Source of the DNA: Chrysomallon squamiferum
Taxonomy: Eukaryota > Animalia > Mollusca
Assembly: GCA_012295275.1 (NCBI GenBank)
Contig: CM022666.1
Location: 11,842,001-11,906,000, forward strand
Direction: 5' to 3'
Length of the DNA: 64,000 nt
Position numbers and translations under genes: made by a program. Each line of letters begins with the position of its first letter. Position 1 is the stretch's first letter. Under the pieces are notes generated by a model. It was not told the DNA's origin and ran no database searches. It saw only the letters and a list, made by a program, of their open reading frames with translations. Of this stretch, positions 13,243 to 26,996 are shown piece after piece.

Positions 13243-16200
13243 ATGTCTGATAATGAAGATGACCACGACGAGACCATGTCAGATGAAGATCCAACGGTAA
13301 TGTTAAACACATTTGTGTAGCTTTGTACGGTTATCTCCCCTGTCAATGCCTCTATTAATAGCGATTATTTTTAAATAACGATATTTAAGCATTCGATTGT
13401 GCTGCTGAAAAAAAAAGTAATTTATGATATAAACCCAACTGTGTTATTCAGTTGAATCAGTTGTTTACTATTAATCTGACAATGGCACACCACAACTTAA
13501 GTCTGTATACTATACTGTATACACAAAATACAGTGGGCTACGCTGGCTACAAGCCTGCAACAAAAAAAGTTGTTCGATCCCATTCACTGACACAGTGTAT
13601 GTACTTACTTTTACAAATCTATTGTTGTTACTCCATTTATATCAAACTTTACTTAACAATTGGATATTTATATATTAAATAAATGAAACAAAGGCTGACA
13701 TTTAAAGTAGTATTGGTAGAATGCATCAGTTTAAACTTCATTACAAAACGGCTGAACAGAATATTGTCAGCAATAGCATTCATTATTGATAATAACGTGG
13801 ACATTTTATTCACATTCTAAATAATCATTTTCTTTTCTCTTCATTGGTTATCTCACTTAAGGCCAATTAAACTTTATTTTATTTAATATATTTTTAAAAA
13901 AATCTATTCATATAGTAATGTCATCACCAAATGAATTTGAGTGAATGTAGTATATTTTAATTTCTAGACCTCTGGAGTATAACAAAGATAAAGTATGTTA
14001 TAATTAATAAGGGGTATACATAAATTTCACTTTGCTTTCAGTCTCCAGATCTTGAACATGAGCATGATGATGATGATGAAGAAGACATGCAGTTTGTACA
14101 ACAAGAATGTCTTGAGGCTTTTGCCAGCAAGGACTACATCATGGAGACAACCATCTTCAGCACACTTAAAAGGTAAAAACATTACAGTCCAGTAGTTGGC
14201 TTATATTCAGTGGTTTCTCTGTCATTAAGATCTGAACTTTCAAAAGTTGCCAGTCTTGATGTAATTCACTTTCAGAAAGAATTTCTAAAACTAATGACAG
14301 CTGATTATTATTATTATTTTATTACATAAATTTATTTCAGGTTTTTGCAAGCTGGTGGTTCACCAGAGAAAGTGGTTGAGCTTTTGTCAACTAATTACAT
14401 TGCTATGGCACAGACTGTCAACCTACTTGCTGAGTGGTTAATACAAGCAGGTTAGCAAAACATTCATGTTTTAACTCGAGTTGACAAATTCAAAAAGTTT
14501 CATGTGTTAGCTTTTAGGGAGCAAAAGTATTAACAAGTCATATTCAAAAGTTCTATTCACAACAGTATTTGTGTTATTCATTACTCCCACAAGAATAACT
14601 GCCTGGAAGGCACAGTCAGTTATGTCTGGTCTGTAAAGGTAATATATTCAGCACGGAGATTAAAATAATAATAATAATAATAAAAACATAACCTCATTTC
14701 CTTGTTTAGTTTGGCCTGTTATTTAAATCTTCTTTGTCTCATTTTTGATAAATGCACAGCACACTTATAATGTGATCAATTTTATAGGAGTTTCCATTGA
14801 GGCCGTTCAGGAGCTTGTGGAAAATCATTTGAAGTCACTGATTATCAAACACTTTGATCCGAAGAAAGCTGATTCCATATTTACAGATGAAGGAGAGGTC
14901 AGCAGTTTTATTTGTATCTAAACAATAAATTATAAAGGAAAAATGACTATTCTTTTGTTGTGGTGAAAAGAAGGATAAAAAATTGTTTTATATTTCTATA
15001 TTTTGCATCATAATCTCTCAGTATATTTTGTATTTAGACTCCTTCATGGCTAGCTGAGATGATTGAATATCCAACTTGGAGGTCATTGTTCTACAAACTG
15101 GCTGAAGAGTATCCTGACTGTCTTATGCTTAATTTTACAATAAAGGTACTTCATTTTACTTATCTGTTATATGAAAATTATTTACATTTCTTGCTAAAAT
15201 TAAAAGAAATCTTTAATGTTTATTTTATCCATTTACAAGTTTATGAAATTATTTTTCAGTTGTTATTATTTTAAGTAAATATTTAAAACAATATATATAT
15301 TTCTAGTTGATTTCTGATGCTGGATATCAAGGGGAGATAACCAGTGTATCTACAGCATGTCATCAGATTGAAGTTTTCTCTCGTGTTTTGAGGACATCAA
15401 TTTCAAGCTTTTTAGAAGCAGGAGAAGACGCATTAGAAAAAAACCTTCCAGAATTTACAGTAATTACATATTTACAAAATTTCATATTTTACTTTTTCTG
15501 TTTGAATTTGATGGCTTTGTGTAGTCTGGGTGCAGAGAGGGTTGCCCCTGCAATGTTGTATTAAGTTTTTTTTACTGTTGATTTAGGTAACCACGGGTCT
15601 CTATTTTTCAGAAACTTCTTGATGACATGTTGTCACCCTTGAGCAATTTGAGAAATTCAAATATACATCCTCAACCTGTTAACTTTTTCCTATGGTATAT
15701 TTGATGTTTGCTATTTAGTCCTTCATCTTTGAGTGTTCTGAATGACCCTGTCGACGTGCAGCATCAGTATTGTACCCATTGTACTCACGACAAACTAGTG
15801 TGTTGTCTTGAAGGAACGCTAAGTCCATCTCACTGGCTCTTCCCTTTGAAATTACTTTGTGCCAGCATATGCAGGGGTTTGAACTGATTGTTTGGGGGTT
15901 TTCTGTGGCATAAGAGGCTTCTTGGGACCATTATATCTATCGATCTTGATGTCATACTCGAGTGGATCAACCATTTTTCTTGTTTCACTACTGTTACTAT
16001 CTGATTGTTTGAGCAGCATGGCAAGGAAATGGGTTGGATAACTTTCTGTTTGGAGATGATATGTCAGTATCCAAATTGTCAACAATAACCTGAACCAAGC
16101 TTGAACTTAAAGTTTATAGGCCTGGTAGTGAAGGTTCCATTGTTGTGGCTTTAGCAGCTGAATGTTTAAAATGCCATACTTCATTGTAGGTACATGTAAC

Positions 16201-19200
16201 ACCATACTTTTGTAACACTTTGATAAGTTTTTTTGATCTCCTCATCTTGATGCCAGGAGTAATTTGAAACAGGTGGGTTGGTTTTTCATCACCCCAGTTA
16301 CCATTGAACCAATGAGCTTTGTATGCTTCACGCAACTCAACTGAATTCAGGAAGCCAGATTAGTCTTTGATCATTACAGCAAATGATTCAAAGGCACAAT
16401 CAATGTTAACTTGGCTGTCAGACATGGTTGGCATCTGAAGCTGCATTTTTTTCTGACAAGAAGCTATTTCGACAATCCACATGATACCTTGCAGCAGCTG
16501 CCTGAAGGTCACTTACAGTGCTATCTTCCCTTTGCTGCACACCGTCTGATAATTCATATTGATGCCATTCACAGGTTTCAAGAACAGTTTGCTTGAGTGA
16601 CTTCTTGCCACCTGCATCGCCTGTTTCCCGACATGAATATGCTGGTCGCCAACGGATCTTTTTCAAGCACACCAGTTTCACCACAAAACAAACAAAGTTC
16701 TTTGAGATAAATCGGGGTAGTGATGAACGTCTCCTGGTCTTTGGTGGAATGTAAGATGATTAAATTTCTGGATTCTTGGATGCTTGAAGTGTATGTTGAA
16801 GCACAGTTTCTGTGACATTTAACTGCATTCAGGATTTTCACTTACTTTTTCTTCAAGAAGTTCATGATACCTGTCCCCGTAGATTTTGCTATGCTTGATA
16901 AAGTTTTGAATTCTGACAGGGCCAGTGTCTTTCAACGATTCGGTTTTATTCTCACATCAAAATTTGGACACGAAAAAGCAATGTTCTTCATTCATTTTTT
17001 ACTGTTAGTGATCGTCATATGGGCAGCACCTGAAAAGACAATAGTGAATTATTAGTGTCCATCTATTACAATATGATATTAATATAATACTTAGTTCTAA
17101 TGGATAGCTAGGCCCCTAACACCTAGAGACAAAAATGATCTTCCTAGGGTGAATAGATAGGGAGTTATGGTCATTTATATGTAATTTATTTTACAACATT
17201 AACTAGGATCAAATGTCAGCACTAAAATAGATACACTTTAGTAAAATCAACTGTAAAAAACTTTAGTATTAATTGGTTTATCATTACAGCACTGAAAGCT
17301 AAACCTGTTGGTTTTGTTGTGTTTTTATTATTTATTTTTTAAATCAGATTAGCTTTAATTGTTAAAAATCATTAATATATTTTTATTTTTATTATTTAAG
17401 AAAATGGTGTGCCATGGAGAACACACATATTTGTACAGTCAGGTACTCATGCATGTCTTGGCTCAGGAATCCAAGGGAGGATCAAACATTCGACGTCTGT
17501 GCCAAGAACTCCAAAAATGTGCAAATGAAAGGTCATAAGTTCACTTCATTCATTATTATATACAAAAGTGTCCATCATTGCAGAAAAGTTGTGATAAAAA
17601 TATTAAACAAAAACCTTTGTTTCATTTGAGCTATATTTATTAGTTTTAAACACATGGCTTAAAAAATAAAGAAATTTCAGTTGTGATAAATTAATATTTA
17701 CCCTTTCGTCTTTTAGTGATAAGTTAATAAAAAATTAGAAAATCATAGCTACAAGTGGGTATTCTTCTCAAAAGTAATGTTATTCAACATTTTTGATATT
17801 ATGTTTTCTTGGTTGTTCACATTATTATTTCTGTGTTTAGAGGTCTTGACGTCACCCCAATCACAATGGCACTCAGTGGAGCTGCAGCCTATCCCAGAGC
17901 CTGCCAGGCTCTTTCATCAATGTTGTCAAGACAGGCTCTCAATCCAGCAGACATTACAGTGGTTAGTGAACACAGCATTGTCAGCAGTATTTCTTACAGA
18001 TGCCACTGGCTGGTTTCTTGTTTCTTCATCTATCTGTTTACATGAATAAACACTAAATATACGACACAAATGATTATTACACTCGTATAAATAATTAAAA
18101 ACTTGTTTAAACAAGATTGTCAGTAAAACTGCACATTATGCCAATTTATGATGTATTCTAATATTAATGTAATAAAGTCATGACTGTAAATTGTAATTCC
18201 AATGCTGTAATGTCTTTTATTTTACATATTTGTGAATTCTGACAGATTATCTTGATAGTTTAAACTTTTTATTTTTTATTTTTTAATTATTTAATTAATT
18301 AATTATTATTATTATTATTATTATTACTATTATTTATTTATCTAATTTTCTTTTTTTTGATTATCATTTTGACATTAATAAGATTTTGTTTACTGCATCA
18401 AACTAAAACCAGTTTGTGTATAAAATTGTTTTCCTTTGAATTAATCCATTGTTTTAACTCTGACAGTATTTTTGGGTTACTAGTAATACTGATTTAAATT
18501 ACAGTTGTACAAAATGTATTCAGAGCACGACCCACCTCCAGTTGATTTAGTACGAGTTCCAGCTTTCTTGGGTAACTTTTTAACAGATTTTCTCTTACAA
18601 ATTGAACTCTATTATTTATTGATGTTACTTATAATCATGAGTGTATCTTTAACATTACTGTCACTTAAAGTATTAGCTTAAATTTCAACAGTTTAATCAA
18701 ACTAGAGAAGTGTTTATATTTATTGAGTGCTTATACCAAAAAATATGATTTTGTAGGTGAATTAACTTTTAATGATTTTTATAATTAAAATTTTCAAAAC
18801 AAATTAGTTATTTCTATGAATTAAAATTAAATTATTTTAATTATTTATTCAAACTAATTGATAGTCATGTTAAATATTTTATGTTATTCACAGATCTTTT
18901 GATTGACAACCTGTTCAAACCTGGAGCAAGACTCAACCCAGAGCACAAACACAAATACACATACCTTCTAGCATATGCAGCTAGTGTCATTGATATCTAC
19001 AAAAAGGTATTTATATAATAGTTGTTGTTGTTGTTGTTTTATTTTATTTTTTTATTATTTATTTTATTTCTAATTCAGACATAATTATAAAGGAAAAAAT
19101 CTGTCATTTTAAAAAAATTTATGGAATTTTTATGTTTTTTCGTAAGTGTTTATAATTGTTGCCATTTGGACTGTGTGAAATAAGTTTTATTATTTGTTAT

Positions 19201-22017
19201 TTTTGTCATTGTGTGTTTAGGGAGGGAGAAAGTCAGTGGATCGTAATGAGCTGAAGCCAACAGTCCAGGCTCTAGAGAAAACACAGTCACTGTGCAGTGA
19301 GGGAAAGGGTTCATCTGAACTCATAGCTGATGTTGCTACTCTCTTTACATGTTTAAGGTAAAATAAATGTTTATTTTTAACAATATTCTCAACATACATT
19401 TCATTCAAGATTTTTTTTTTTTTTTTTTTTTAATGTTAGTGTATCTCTTCTCTGAGATATGTAAACAAGCTTGTATTTCATTTAATTTAGTGCAAATAAA
19501 CCATAACAAAATTTGTGTTATATGAGCACATTTCCACATTTTTCTCCATATGAATGACTCTTCCACAGTACTTTACTGAAGTTTGTATTAATATTAATTA
19601 CATAGAACAGTGTGTAATTAACTTTTACCAGTCAGATGCTTGTGATTTTCATTTATTGGATATCCTTTAGAATTATTGTTTGAGAAATTTTAAAAATGAT
19701 TTCTTTATTAAACAGTAATCTAATAATGAGTTATGTCAACTGTTTAGATTTCCAGTTGTGTCGATGGGTGTTTTGAAGTGGGTGGACTACACTGTCTCAG
19801 ATGCTAGCTACTTTAAACTCAACACAGACCACACTCCTCTTCATCTAGTCATGGTTGATGAGGTAAACTTTGGTTAAATTCTTCATAGCATAATTTTATG
19901 CAATATTTCAATTTCTTTCCAAAACAGATAGTAATTTCATTTTCAAGTATTTATTTGTAATTCTCTTAATAGGGGGTTTGCATGTGGGCATGAATGATGT
20001 AACTGATATCTGTTTTTTTCAGATTGTTACAAATCACATACTTCTACATCAGAAAGCTTTGGATCTGCTAATCAGAGTGTTTAAATCATCATTTGATGAA
20101 CTTGATGTATTGGTCAGGGTAAGTAGAAAAAAATGTCACAATATTTAGATTGTTCTAAAAAAATATTATATTCTTCGACTTTATTGATTTCCCATATGAG
20201 AATTACCAGTACCAAGTACCTAAATCCACTGATTCTTGGAGAACAAGTCCCATTAAATTTCTGTTTGCTGCTTACATTATTAACTGTTTACAAATATGAC
20301 ACTTGATAACTGGATGTTGAACTTGCATGTAGATCTGTTTTGGAATCTGTATATGTGAATAATTCTTAAATGCATTTCTTTCAGTTTTTGTATGATTCAT
20401 TTTATTTTTAAAACTGAAGTTTTCAAAAGAATGTTAGATATTGTGGTAGTAGTTTTTATTTTTTTAAATTTTGATTGAAGATGGATGAGAGTGATCAGTT
20501 TAGCTGGTATGTAATTAACTTTGTCTATGCAGCTTGAACTGAAGAAAATGGTGCTAGACAGAATGATTCATCTGCTGAGTCGAGGCTGTGTTGTCCCAGT
20601 TGTAGCCTTCATGCGCAAATGTTTTGAGAATGAAGACACAGATATTTCTTTAATAAGACATTTTGTTACTGAGGTACTGAGAGATATTTTAACCTTTATT
20701 TATTTATTTTTTTCTTTGTTTGTTTATTTATTTAATTATTATTTTTGTTTTTCAAGTTTTATTGTAATCATCTTAGATATAAGTTATAACATTCCTTTAA
20801 TAATAGTTACAGTATTTTTATATTGATCCTTCTGAAAATAATGTAATTCTGTCTTTATATATATTTCAAAATTAAAGCAAGGTGCAAACAATATTTTCAT
20901 TAACTTCTTTATTAACTATTAGTCATTGTGTCTCCTTATGTAGACTATCGGAAAGAGTGTTTCTGACACACTCATATAATTAACACTTATTCATAAACTC
21001 TGAATGGAGAACAATGGAATCTAACAAAATATGAATGATTATAACTGACATTACCTAGAAGAAAAAATATGTAATGAAATGTATGTTTTTCTATATTTAC
21101 TTGCACAGGTTCTTGAAATAATAACTCCTCCATATACACCAGAATTTGTTGTCTTGTTTCTACCCCTGATTGAGAGTGAGGAAATCACAGGAATGCTTAG
21201 AGCAGAGGATGGAAATGACCCAGTCTCAGAATTTGTTGGTAAGGCATCATTTAAACATTTCCTGGATGTATTCAGGTTATTTATATGTAGTCTCCAGTTT
21301 AATTCTTTTACGTATTTGTTTAGCATTGCTTTGTAATATGTTGTATAAGAAAATATGAATATTTTCACATACATGAATTCAGATATACCTGCTGAAAGAA
21401 GTTATGTTGCAAGTGTTTATTTTAGCTTATTTTAATTAGCTGTAATGAAAATAAAGTGCCAGAAATTGAACATTTTGAGGAATTTCTTTTCGTAAGAAAT
21501 CAGTTTATTTTATTATTATTGTTTTGTTGTTCTTTTATGTGTTTTGCGCAATTCCATTAACAGCAGCTTGGGATGGGATGTAAGTCAGTGGTAGAACATC
21601 CACTTGATCATTAGTTGAGCCTCTGCTCCAAAGATTGTGATAAGGGATGGTACATACGTAAAAACTCCCTTGCTGCTAACTGGAAAGAGTTCCAAAGCAG
21701 TTAAAGAATTTCCTTTCTTGTTATTTAAATGGTCCTTAGCATTATATCCTATACCATACAACATAAAATTTGTTGACCATGTTGTTAAATGAAACCTATC
21801 CTTCATTTCTTAACAACAGCAAACCAGCCCATTTTCTATGGTTTACTGAATTTTAGAACACACTATAGCCTTGTAATCAGTTGCTATATTTTTTCCTTCC
21901 ATGAAAGTATATACATTCTCAACAGATTGTTTTATGTGATGTTTGTATTTTAATTTGTTTTCTCTGTTATATGTTGCAGGTCACTGCAGAACCAACTACC
22001 ATGACATAACAACGTGA
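13243..22017 (+). CDS. NELFCD: Negative elongation factor C/D (TH1-like), 16 coding exons, 584 aa
   Basis: Exons: 13243-13296, 14042-14172, 14341-14450, 14788-14897, 15038-15145, 15307-15459, 17401-17531, 17841-17961, 18505-18571, 18894-19006, 19221-19357, 19748-19862, 20023-20118, 20533-20673, 21109-21238, 21980-22017 (TGA). All introns GT-AG; total 1755 nt, in frame. The translation contains TH1-family blocks: [127 protein letters not shown]. Confidence 0.97.
15590..17190 (-). mobile_element. Decayed transposon-like coding relic in NELFCD intron 6 (antisense)
   Basis: GC-richer block in the largest NELFCD intron. Frameshifted, stop-interrupted minus-strand fragments read [96 protein letters not shown]. 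From memory, this motif order matches multicopy uncharacterised TE-like proteins of marine invertebrates. Boundaries approximate. Confidence 0.65.
21570..21809 (+). mobile_element. tRNA-derived SINE (degenerate, internally deleted) in NELFCD intron 15
   Basis: 5' GGGATGGGATGTAAGTCAGTGGTAGAAC carries an A-box-like tRNA head; central GGGATGGTACATA..CCCTTGCTGCTAA..GGAAAGAGT core; 3' GTTGTTAAATGAAAC..CCTTCATTTC tail. Flanked by an imperfect direct repeat TTAACAGCAGC (21557-21567) / TTAACAACAGC (21810-21820). Confidence 0.7.
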
Positions 22018-23323
22018 AATAATTTATTTACTGAATTGGAATGTGATCTGCATTCACAAAATCTAGGTTTGTCTTCTAGCACTGCTGCATTTCTCTGTGG
22101 AATGTATACACATTTTGTTTTACAAGAGGATATCTTGCAGCTAACACAGCAGATGCCATTTCTTCTAAATTCAAAAAGAAGACAAGCCTGTTTATGGATT
22201 TTATATTGTGACTCTTCTAAATGAATATTGTCAGGAAAGTAAATGTTCTGCTTTGCAAAAACTGCCAGGATGCTGTGTGTCAGAACTTGGAAAGTGCACA
22301 GAAGTTATGACATCACAACAGCAAAATAATATTCAAAAAATAACAACGGTAACATCTGAGTTAATTTCATTTGTCTTGTGTTAGTTTTTAATGGATATTC
22401 TTAACATTTCAGATGCTTAATTTCCTTAATCTTCATTAGAATAATTAAAAATCTGTTTTATTTATGCTAATGTAAGATGACAACCATCTTCCCTTGATTA
22501 GATGATAGTCTAGTTCCCAAGGTGCTGCTCCTGTATAAAATGAATGACCACTGTCTTTTATCAAAATACAATTGGTCTGCTCTGTTTAGTTTTCAAATTC
22601 AGACTTTATCAGTCTGTCACTCTTTGTTTTTCTTTTCTTTTTTGTTTAATCTTACTGTAAATGAAATGAAACTTCTATCATTTGATAAATAACTCAAAAC
22701 TTGTAAAGTCTGTAAAGAATAAATATTACATTAATTTATTATTATAAAATCTACATCAATATAGGAAAAGAGATCTTGTATTATAAAGAAAAGTTTTTTT
22801 TAATTTTTTTATTTTAAATTATTACATTTAAGGCATAATGAAAATATACATGAAGCAAGTCATCAGTTATATGTTCAGTTTAATCTGTTCCAGTTGTGTA
22901 CATTTTTTCAAATATGATTAAGCAGGTTAGTATTCCTCATGGCCAATACAGTTTCATTCCAGATCAATACTGCATTGACTCTGCCTTGCCCTCTTTTCAT
23001 AGATCAGTTTCACTCAGGTCTATTCACTGAAGCCATGTACAAAATACTGCGAAGCTGGTTCACTTATCTGTAAACACAATGGTTGTGTGCCATATTCCAT
23101 ACATACACATGATGTAGATATTTGTACTCTCAACTGAGGCTTTATTTTCAGGGACATGTTTTTGTCCCACCTCTAAGCACTGAAGCCATATACAAAAATC
23201 TGTGAAAGCAAAGAATTTCATATTCATGTGGCTGCAGTGGTTTCTTCAACATATCCTGTTGTTTCATTATAGTTGCACACCATCACTGATAAATGTGGAA
23301 ATTAAATGCGTCTTCTTCCAAAG

Positions 23324-23354
<31 letters not shown>

Positions 23355-24919
23355 TGCTATGATTTTATATCATATCTAGGCACTAGAGTTATGTATAAAA
23401 GTCTTTGACAATCCAAGGAATTTCACTTTGATATGGCTATAGCTATTTTTTGTTAGCCAATCCCACTTGTTTGTAGCAACCAAAACTATTGTTGTAAGCT
23501 GTACACATGAACATTTTATTCTCTACTTGCTTTCTTTACTTCACCGTTACATTTTTCATAAGCCCAAACTGGAATTAACTTCATCATTTCCTAAGAAAGA
23601 ATTTATATAAATCAATCAAAACAATATACATAATTAGTATGCTTGTTAAATACAGGTACATTTTTGAGTTTATTTATTTATTTAGTTATTATTTTCATAA
23701 TGATGAATAATTTTGAATAAAGTGATACATATGATGTTATATACCATACTGTTAAATCATAATAGTTGAATTTTGAATTTTGTTATTTTTTATCCATTGT
23801 CAAGAATAAATTTTAACATCACTTGTAATTTTTTTTGGTCTCTCCATGCATGTTATTTTGTAATTTTGAAGGTAGCTTTTGTTGTTTTTTAAAATAAAAA
23901 TACATTCTCTTATGAAATAGTAAGATAAAAATTTGGGTGGTGTTTTTTTTTACTGCAACTGTGATTTTCTTAAAGAATTGTGTCCAAGACAGAAAATTGA
24001 CTTTGTTAGTCTCACAGTTTAAAAAATGCTGCCTCTGTTATACCTGTCTCTCTAAAGCATCTGTGAAAAAAAATGTTGAAAGAAATCCAAGAACTGGAAA
24101 AAGTGATTGTGTTTTGTTGTTTTTTTTAATCACAAATCTGGTGACAAGAGACATCAGACATTACCAACAGTTTTGCAGCAGACAAAAAACAAGACTTTAT
24201 TTAAGTAACACTGCAAATAGCAAGACATCTTTCTCTTTTGTTCAAGAATCAGTCATGGTTACCAAGATACGAAAAATATATCAAGTGTATTATTCTGGTT
24301 TAAATTTTATCAGGAGATTTTTTAAAATGGTGTTTATAATGCTCTGCAAAAATAATCATTACTGTTAGATATTAAAAAAAATTCCATAAAGTATAAATAA
24401 ATTACAGAAATCAGAATGCATGATGTGAAAAGAAAGAATATGGTAAAGCAGATTATTATTTATGTACCCTCCCACTAGTTAACATTTGTAACTTATGTAG
24501 GAAGAAGAATTTTTATTTATTAATTTGTTTGTTTTGTTTAAAATCCTATCCTATACTTTTATCTAATAGAAAACATTTTAAGACATTAAAAGTAGTAATT
24601 AAAAATGTTATAGATGTAGTTACTGGAATTAGTAATAAAAACGTATATAGTTAGAAACAGAAGCGCATTAAGCCATTATGTAAATGCAGTTTCTCTAAAA
24701 CATCACGAGTTGTCATTTAGTTGTCATTGTTTATATATATAAAAAAAAGATTTAGGCTTTACAAAAAATAAGGTTCTACTGTAATAAAATTATTCAGTCA
24801 ACAACTGGCTGGATTTGTTCAAACAAACCAGTTCAATGAAAGCTTCTGGCCAGATGAGAGGCGTGAAATTCGGAGTGGACTGGTACGACAAAAATACATG
24901 GAAATTCAGGGCCCAAACA

Positions 24920-24990
24920 TTGATGTACGCATGCGCATACATTTTCTATACCAATGGCGGGAGAATTTGTAACGTTCGCGAAAGCGGGAT
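24920..24990. promoter_or_regulatory. Promoter-like motif cluster with no assigned gene
   Basis: NRF1-like TACGCATGCGCA, CCAAT (24951-24955), E2F/YY1-like ATGGCGGGAG and TTCGCGAAA fall within 65 bp of a CpG-rich patch. Confidence 0.4.
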
Positions 24991-26996
24991 ATTAATATCG
25001 TTTAAGGACCTGCAGGACACTACAAAACCATTTGAAAAGAAAAAAGAAATTTGGTTGAACTGTATAAATTAGAGGACCCTAAGTCCGTGGTTCCTCCAAC
25101 CTTTTCGCTACCAAGATATCCTTTCATTTAAAAGAATCACTGTGACTTCGTTGTTTTTTTTTTGTTTTTTTTAATTTTATTTATTTATTTAATTTTAATT
25201 TAATTGATAAAATGTTAAAACTTGAAAATAACTAGACCGGTTACTATTACTGATGCTGGAATAATAAATAAATAAATAAAAACATATAAATGTTGGCGGT
25301 GGTATTGAATAGAACACGAAATGGACAGACAGCCACTAGGTCTGATGTCTGAGAAAATCAACAAATCTGGTTTTGGATTTTGTAAACTTTGTTTGGAAGG
25401 TGAGGATGTATTGCTATGACGTGCTGCTCTGCTTGAACAGCCAGATAATTTCATTTGACTGGAAAAAATAATTTTAAAAGTGCAAGCAAAATAAAGTATA
25501 TAAATTAATAAAGAAATTAATAAATAAATAAATAAATAATTTTAAAAATCGTAATTCAAGAATCTACACGAATAAAATACTTTAAAAAATGTCTTTTTCG
25601 TCCTGTTAATTTTGATACATTTTTTTTTTTTTTTTTTTGTTCTTTTTTTTTTAATTTGACTTTTTTTAAGTTTATTCATGATGTCTAAAATTAACAGTTT
25701 TGATGATTTGGTTTGAGATACTAAAAGTAAATTAATGTTTATTCAACTTTCATGTCTAAAATAAAATTCTTGAAAATCGTTTTCAGTTATTTAAACGTTC
25801 ATTTATGCGATAAAAGTTGAATTTTATTCTTCTTCTTCTTATTATTAAAATTAATTTTTTTTATTATTTTCTTCTTTTTTTTAAATTTTCTGTTTTTTTA
25901 TCACGTTTATTCGATTTTAGAATCCCTTTCTCAGTGATGGGCAAGACGACTAACTGTGTAATGCATAAATTTTTATTGCTGGAATGAAGCCTAGACGATA
26001 CAGACTGTTGAAATATTTTCTTTTGTTTTCATTTTACGTTGAAAATAATTTTAAAAAATTAAAAGATCCGATCTTTTTATTATGCGGTTTTTTTTCTTCT
26101 TTTTTTAAAATTATGTTTTGATTTTAAGTACTAAAATAAGAATGCATACATTATTTAAAATATTCGGTGTACGTCTTAGCGCCTTTTTAATGTTTTCTTT
26201 CGCCCCATAACTTTAAAACCTGGCTACGCTCTTGTGTAGGGGCTGAATTCACACGTCTCATCAATTCTCATATTTTCTTTTCCATCTCTAAAACCTTCTC
26301 ATAGACGTGAAATTCAAACGTTTGGAAATACACCTCAGTGTATGGCATAGTCGAGAAATTGTTACTTCAAAAAGATTAAAATTTATTCTGTGGAAAAATA
26401 TAATTTCCTATAAATTAATACAAAAATAAATTTAAATAATCAATTACAATAAGTAACAAATAAGAGGAATAAAGTAATTATGAACTGTTTATTATCACAT
26501 TTATAAATCATTGTCTATGATCTGAGATCTAGACTTCAATTTTCAGAAGTAAGACCATCCAAATTCATCTGTCGTAGATATCTTTTAATTCTAGTTACAA
26601 GGATATTTATTTTTGATTATCTGCTTGGAGGTCTTAGCAAAACAGTCTAGCTACGCCACCTTCCTGGTATATTTAACATGCACAATATTTAACTTGATTA
26701 ACTTCGTTCAGTAAGTATAAAGATACGCTCACATCTTTACTCTGTGAAGAACACGTATCCTTGTCTTCCTGCAAATACGCACAGCATTGTAAAATAAAAT
26801 AAAAAATGTGAACGCTTCACATCCACTCACTCACACATTAAGGAAAACGTGAATGTTTATAGACGACTCTGAGGTATCATGCAATAAATTACTAGCGAAA
26901 AAAACAACAACAAAAAAAGTAATATTAAGAAAAAAACAAACAAAAAAAACAAGAATCCAAATAAGAAGAAAGAACCACACACACACACACCTGTTT

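Noticed and set aside
19007-19220. Possible U12-type intron in NELFCD (donor GTATTT)
   Set aside because: Does not match GTATCCTT and no TCCTTAAC branch point is visible.
23024-23210. Short duplicated motif CACTGAAGCCAT.TACAAAA downstream of the NELFCD stop codon
   Set aside because: Two diverged copies only, with no structure or function supportable.
23937-24368. 143-aa plus-strand ORF downstream of NELFCD
   Set aside because: GTG start, no recognisable domain and AT-rich composition; most likely a chance ORF.
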